IMG/VR virus record: IMGVR_UViG_3300044646_001108
Coordinates: 1-58,512 of that record
Reading direction: 5' to 3' (one strand)
Origin: a virus
Taxonomy: Duplodnaviria > Caudoviricetes
DNA: 58,512 nucleotides
Position numbers and translations under genes: made by a program. Each line of letters begins with the position of its first letter. The stretch's first letter is position 1. Under the pieces are notes generated by a model that was not told the DNA's origin, searched no databases, and saw nothing but the letters and a program-made list of their open reading frames with translations. Of the stretch, positions 54,782 to 58,512 are shown piece by piece.

Positions 54782-56887
54782 ATGGCAAATCAAATCATTG
54801 GCGCTCGCGTCAAGGCTGCAGCGCTTGTCCACGCCCAGAAGCAACTAGGCAACCTGGGCTTCCGGTTCAAATCCGGCGCTGGCTCCGCAACCTTCCACGG
54901 CGAGACTGCCTACGCCGCCTGGGAGGCTGGCGCTGGCGACTGGGTTGGCGCTTTCCGCATCAACTACCCAGAGATGCCCGACAACGCCCTGGTCAGCCGC
55001 CGCGAGGCGGACCTGATCAGCGCGTACACGCTGCATGAGATCGGACACGTCGCCTACACCGAGGCGAAGGTCACCAGCGGCAAGGCTGCGCTCATCCACT
55101 ACCTGTACAACGGGATCGAGGATGGGCGCATCGAACATGCGGTCATTGCCAGCGGCAAGGCTCGCGGTGCGCGGTCGATGTTCAAGCGCCTGATGTCGAA
55201 GTTCACTAGCAAGATCGTTGCTGGCGGCGACTTCAACCCGACGTCAATCAACAGCGCCCCATTCGCCTTGGCTTTGGTCTCACGCGCCGCTCTGGGCGAT
55301 GGCAACGGGTTCGCGAAACAGCTGTTGTCTCGCATCCCGGAGCCGTACCAGTCGCTCTACGCAGCCGCTGCGGACGGCATCAAGTCTGCCCCGCTCGACC
55401 GCTCCGGCTCTGCCGTCTCGCTCAGTCTGGCTCAGCAGTTCCTGGATGGCTGGCTGCGCATCAACCCGGACGCCCTCAGCCGCCCAGCCGCTCCCCCTCC
55501 CCTGGGCGAGCCCCAGGATGGCGAGGGCATCTCGATACCGGGTGGCGAGGGCGATCAGGACGGCGACCCCGCCGAGTCCGCTCTGCCGAGTCAACTGGAG
55601 GAGGAACAGCCCGACAGAGACGGTCCCAGCGGTCACTGGTCGCCGCCTGATCGCGACCTTTTTGACGCCGACAACTACGGCGACGGCGACGGCGACGGGT
55701 TCGACGACAACGATGAACAGCTGTCTCCCGAGGAGCAAGCCGCAGCTGAGGCTGACGCCAAGGAGCGCGACGAACTTGCGGAGCAGATGGCTGGCGCTGC
55801 CGAGGCGGCACCAGAGGCTGACGACAGCATTCTCAGCGCCCTGCCGGAGTCCGACTCGGACGACGACGAAGGCGGTGACAGTGTTGGCGAGCCGTTCCAA
55901 GCCCTGGATCAGCAGGACAACTTCGATGAGGGCAAGGTCATCAAGCCCGAGCCCGAGGTCGACGATGTCTTCAAGTCGATTCGCGAACGCACCCGCGATG
56001 CGGTCACGCTCCGGTCTGTCCCGGTTGCCAACCGCAGCGAGATGCGCAAGTGGAGCAAGCTGCAGGACTTGACCGACAAGACCCGCAAGTCGCACCTCAA
56101 GAAGCTCAACCGCCACGCGATGCCTGCTCTCAAGGCTCAGCTGTACCGGGTCCTCAAGGCTCCGGAGCGCTGCGGCTGGGACGGCGGCGCGATGGGCGGT
56201 CGCTTCGACGGCAAGCGCGCACCGCGCATGCTGGCTGGCAGCGAACAAGTCTTCAAGCGTCGCTGGCTTGCTGAGGGCATCGACACCGCCGTGTCGGTTG
56301 TCATCGATCTGTCCGGCTCGATGCAGGGCAGCACCATCGACTCTGCAGTCGACCTCGCCTGGACCATCGCCCAGGCTTGCGAAGGCGCTCGCGCTGACGT
56401 CGAGGTTGTCGGGTTCCAGAACGCAAGGTATCCGGTCTACACGGGCGGCTACGACATGCGAGGCGATTGGCACTCGGCTCAAGGCAACAGCGACTGCACC
56501 TTGGTGGTCGCCAAGCGGTTCGCTGACCGCTGCGAGTCAGTCGCCCATCACTTCCAAGTGATGAAACGACTGCCTGACATGGGCACCCCTGACTATGAGG
56601 CATGCAAGACGGTTGTCGAACAGCTGTCCGAGATGCCGCACAAGCGCAAGGTTGTGATCATGGTCACCGACGGCTGCGGAGACGTTGCCGACATGCGCCG
56701 CCTAGGAGAGGGAGCCTGGAAGCTGTACGGCGTAGACGTGATTGGCTTCGGCATCCACGTCAGCGCTCAGCAGTTCGCCCGCGCCTACCCGGTCGGCTCT
56801 CCAGTCAGCCTGGACTCGCTCCACAAGACGGGTCTCAAGGGTGTCGTCAAGCAGCTGGAGTCGCGCGATCAGCGCCGCGTCATCTAA
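54782..56887 (+). CDS. CobT-like protein: HExxH N-domain, acidic linker, VWA domain
   Basis: LHEIGHVAYT...NGIEDGRIE; DLSGSM MIDAS; GTP; VTDG. Confidence 0.88.
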   Translation: MANQIIGARVKAAALVHAQKQLGNLGFRFKSGAGSATFHGETAYAAWEAGAGDWVGAFRINYPEMPDNALVSRREADLISAYTLHEIGHVAYTEAKVTSGKAALIHYLYNGIEDGRIEHAVIASGKARGARSMFKRLMSKFTSKIVAGGDFNPTSINSAPFALALVSRAALGDGNGFAKQLLSRIPEPYQSLYAAAADGIKSAPLDRSGSAVSLSLAQQFLDGWLRINPDALSRPAAPPPLGEPQDGEGISIPGGEGDQDGDPAESALPSQLEEEQPDRDGPSGHWSPPDRDLFDADNYGDGDGDGFDDNDEQLSPEEQAAAEADAKERDELAEQMAGAAEAAPEADDSILSALPESDSDDDEGGDSVGEPFQALDQQDNFDEGKVIKPEPEVDDVFKSIRERTRDAVTLRSVPVANRSEMRKWSKLQDLTDKTRKSHLKKLNRHAMPALKAQLYRVLKAPERCGWDGGAMGGRFDGKRAPRMLAGSEQVFKRRWLAEGIDTAVSVVIDLSGSMQGSTIDSAVDLAWTIAQACEGARADVEVVGFQNARYPVYTGGYDMRGDWHSAQGNSDCTLVVAKRFADRCESVAHHFQVMKRLPDMGTPDYEACKTVVEQLSEMPHKRKVVIMVTDGCGDVADMRRLGEGAWKLYGVDVIGFGIHVSAQQFARAYPVGSPVSLDSLHKTGLKGVVKQLESRDQRRVI

Positions 56888-56891
56888 CCCT

Positions 56892-56907
56892 GGGGGCTCG
56901 CGCCCCC
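56892..56907 (+). terminator. Hairpin after the VWA gene
   Basis: GGGGGC-TCGC-GCCCCC followed by only two T residues. Confidence 0.4.
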
Positions 56908-56937
56908 TTCAACAACCGTTCAACAAGGAGCAACAGC

Positions 56938-57204
56938 ATGACCATCCAGTCACTCAACGACCCCGCCGTTCGCGCCGACCTTTCGCGCGACTCGGACCTG
57001 CAGATGCTGTCATTCATCCACGACGAACGTGGTGGACCGCGATCTGCTTACGCCTGGGCAGTGGGGCGCATCCCGCAACCCAACCCGGTCAACCCCTACA
57101 TGGGCGACCAGTTCTTCACCGCCGACCTGGACACCCAGAAAGTGGAGGACTTCATCATCGCCTTCTACACCGCATACAACGCCCGCTTTGGGCTCACCTA
57201 TTGA
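56938..57204 (+). CDS. Hypothetical protein
   Basis: AAGGAG RBS before ATG 56938. Confidence 0.6.
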   Translation: MTIQSLNDPAVRADLSRDSDLQMLSFIHDERGGPRSAYAWAVGRIPQPNPVNPYMGDQFFTADLDTQKVEDFIIAFYTAYNARFGLTY

Positions 57205-57213
57205 GGAGCCAGC

Positions 57214-57714
57214 ATGAAGATCGATGAACTTGCCCTGGTCATTGCCGAGCGCGCTCACCGCGAGGCTGTCAGGGCTGACGGTGTCACGCCGTACATTGCC
57301 CACCCGATGGTGGTCGCCGCCGTTGTCCGCGCTTCAGGCGGAAACGAAACAGCTGTTGCTGCAGCCCTGCTGCATGACGTAATCGAGGACACCCCGATGA
57401 AGCCTTCGGAACTCATCGAGCTTGTAGGCGAGGAGGTCGCAGACCTTGTGGTCGAGTTGACCTTCCCAGCCAACATGCCAGACCGCAGGCGGCGGATGAT
57501 CGAGAGAGTCCCTTCGATGAGCCCAGTGGCTAGGCTGATCAAGCTTGCCGACATTTACTGCAACCTCTCAGACCTGCCCAGGTCTGGCTGGGATGCGGAC
57601 AAGGTGGCTCGGTATTACCGGCACCTGCTGGCTATGCGCGTGGCTTTGGCTGGAACCCACCCCGTGCTTGAACGGGCGTTCGACGATGTCGCCGAGAAGT
57701 TCCCTGTCGCGTAG
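57214..57714 (+). CDS. Mesh1/SpoT-type HD hydrolase (small alarmone hydrolase-like)
   Basis: PYIAHP, AALLHDVIEDT, VVELT, IKLADIYCN. Confidence 0.88.
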   Translation: MKIDELALVIAERAHREAVRADGVTPYIAHPMVVAAVVRASGGNETAVAAALLHDVIEDTPMKPSELIELVGEEVADLVVELTFPANMPDRRRRMIERVPSMSPVARLIKLADIYCNLSDLPRSGWDADKVARYYRHLLAMRVALAGTHPVLERAFDDVAEKFPVA

Positions 57715-57728
57715 TCCTGCTTGATATT

Positions 57729-57752
57729 GCCCTCGGGGAATTTCCTGGGGGC
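57729..57752. terminator. Terminator between convergent operons
   Basis: GCCCTCGGGG-AATT-TCCTGGGGGC, then TGTTT. Confidence 0.55.
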
Positions 57753-57843
57753 TGTTTCACTATAAGCAGGACCTACGGAATTGGATTTGTTGGATAGTCC
57801 TTCTGCCGATTATGCACATTTACAACCCCCGGCGCAACAGCTG

Positions 57844-58353
57844 TTATGGCTGTTGCTCTGGGGGTTTTTCCGTATCTACGTTTGCGGGCATCCGGAGCAA
57901 TTGCGCTCTGCCCGCAGCGATCTCGCTCTCAACGAATGCGACCATGTCCTCAAGCTGTTTGACGGTGCTGTTGTCCAGCTGTTCGTCGTGAACAGCGAGC
58001 GCTGTTGCGATGGCGTTCATCTCAGCGCCGCTGCACCCATATCGCTTGTGCTTGGCGGCTCTCTCAACCATCGCCTCGACTGCAAGCTGGGCTTGTCTGA
58101 TCTCGGGCATGAACTCAGCGCCGAGACCGTGCCGCGCATAGGCTTCAGAGATGTTGAAGCAGGCAATGAGTATGTCAACCTCATGCTTGCCCGCTCTGCC
58201 CTTCTTGATTGAATCAAGCGCCGCGTAGTGCTTGATCTTCAGAACCGTAAGCGCGTCGCTGAACTGGTGCGCGATAGGCTGCACCCCCTGGATCACTCTC
58301 TCCCAGGCGTTCAGTGTGATGGGCTTCGGTCTGTACTTGCTTCGCTTGCGCAC
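57844..58353 (-). CDS. Conserved hypothetical phage protein
   Basis: MRKRSKYRPKP...HDEQL; its start abuts the stop of the Q-like gene. Confidence 0.65.
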   Translation of the reverse strand: MRKRSKYRPKPITLNAWERVIQGVQPIAHQFSDALTVLKIKHYAALDSIKKGRAGKHEVDILIACFNISEAYARHGLGAEFMPEIRQAQLAVEAMVERAAKHKRYGCSGAEMNAIATALAVHDEQLDNSTVKQLEDMVAFVESEIAAGRAQLLRMPANVDTEKPPEQQP

Positions 58354-58512
58354 TACTCCAGCAACTCCAACAGCTGTTGAGTTACCTTGCGGCGCGCGGC
58401 AGCGTATGCATCATCCGCTATCTCTTTTGCGAACTCGATGCGTTTCTCCCACCAGTCCTTTGATTCATCGGGTCCAAGCTTCATCATCTGCGCCCGCCAT
58501 TTCCATGTTGGC
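58353..58512 (-). CDS. Q-like protein, 3' part
   Basis: ...KLGPDESKDWWEKRIEFAKEIADDAYAAARRKVTQQLLELLE*, in frame with 462 to 1. Confidence 0.65.
   Translation of the reverse strand, partial: PTWKWRAQMMKLGPDESKDWWEKRIEFAKEIADDAYAAARRKVTQQLLELLE
58458..58512. repeat. Terminal direct repeat, right copy
   Basis: Matches 1-55 at 52/55 positions. Confidence 0.95.

Noticed and set aside
55280-56482. 400-aa minus-strand ORF opposite the VWA gene
   Set aside because: Shadow ORF; the + strand has MIDAS and HExxH motifs.
53536-56887. Cobalamin biosynthesis auxiliary genes (cobS/cobT)
   Set aside because: No cobN or pathway genes; the generic MoxR-VWA interpretation is better supported.

Overview
This window is an apparently complete, circularly permuted temperate dsDNA phage genome of about 58.46 kb. 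The first 55 nt recur at the end, and a gene reads across that junction. It has a podovirus-like head and ejection module. The host is probably a betaproteobacterium, inferred from an attP matching the 3' half of tRNA-Asp(GTC) and a Bug/TctC-type cargo gene. Layout: (i) leftward replication/nin/Q-like operon (4809 to 1, then 58512 to 57844); (ii) cro/cI switch with AATACC-N4-GGTATT operators; (iii) rightward recombination and nucleotide-metabolism operon ending in a tyrosine integrase and attP (5783-10945); (iv) a long leftward late operon (52389 to 10949) with terminases, lysis, portal, scaffold, capsid, tail and ejection genes, ending in a 3153-aa polyvalent protein; (v) a repressor-controlled rightward operon (52463-57714) with a MoxR/CobS ATPase, a CobT-like VWA protein and a Mesh1-like HD hydrolase. 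Three signals stand out. (1) A candidate 79-aa antisense gene with its own promoter and RBS is nested inside the polyvalent protein directly behind its RelA/SpoT-like domain. It may be a hidden antitoxin/immunity gene, and a stand-alone alarmone hydrolase is encoded elsewhere in the genome. (2) The palindrome ACAGCTGT occurs about 43 times, in all reading frames, where roughly 1 copy is expected. (3) Three PP-loop ATPases and a TctC-like protein sit among the virion genes. All annotations come from motif recognition by eye; no database searches were run.
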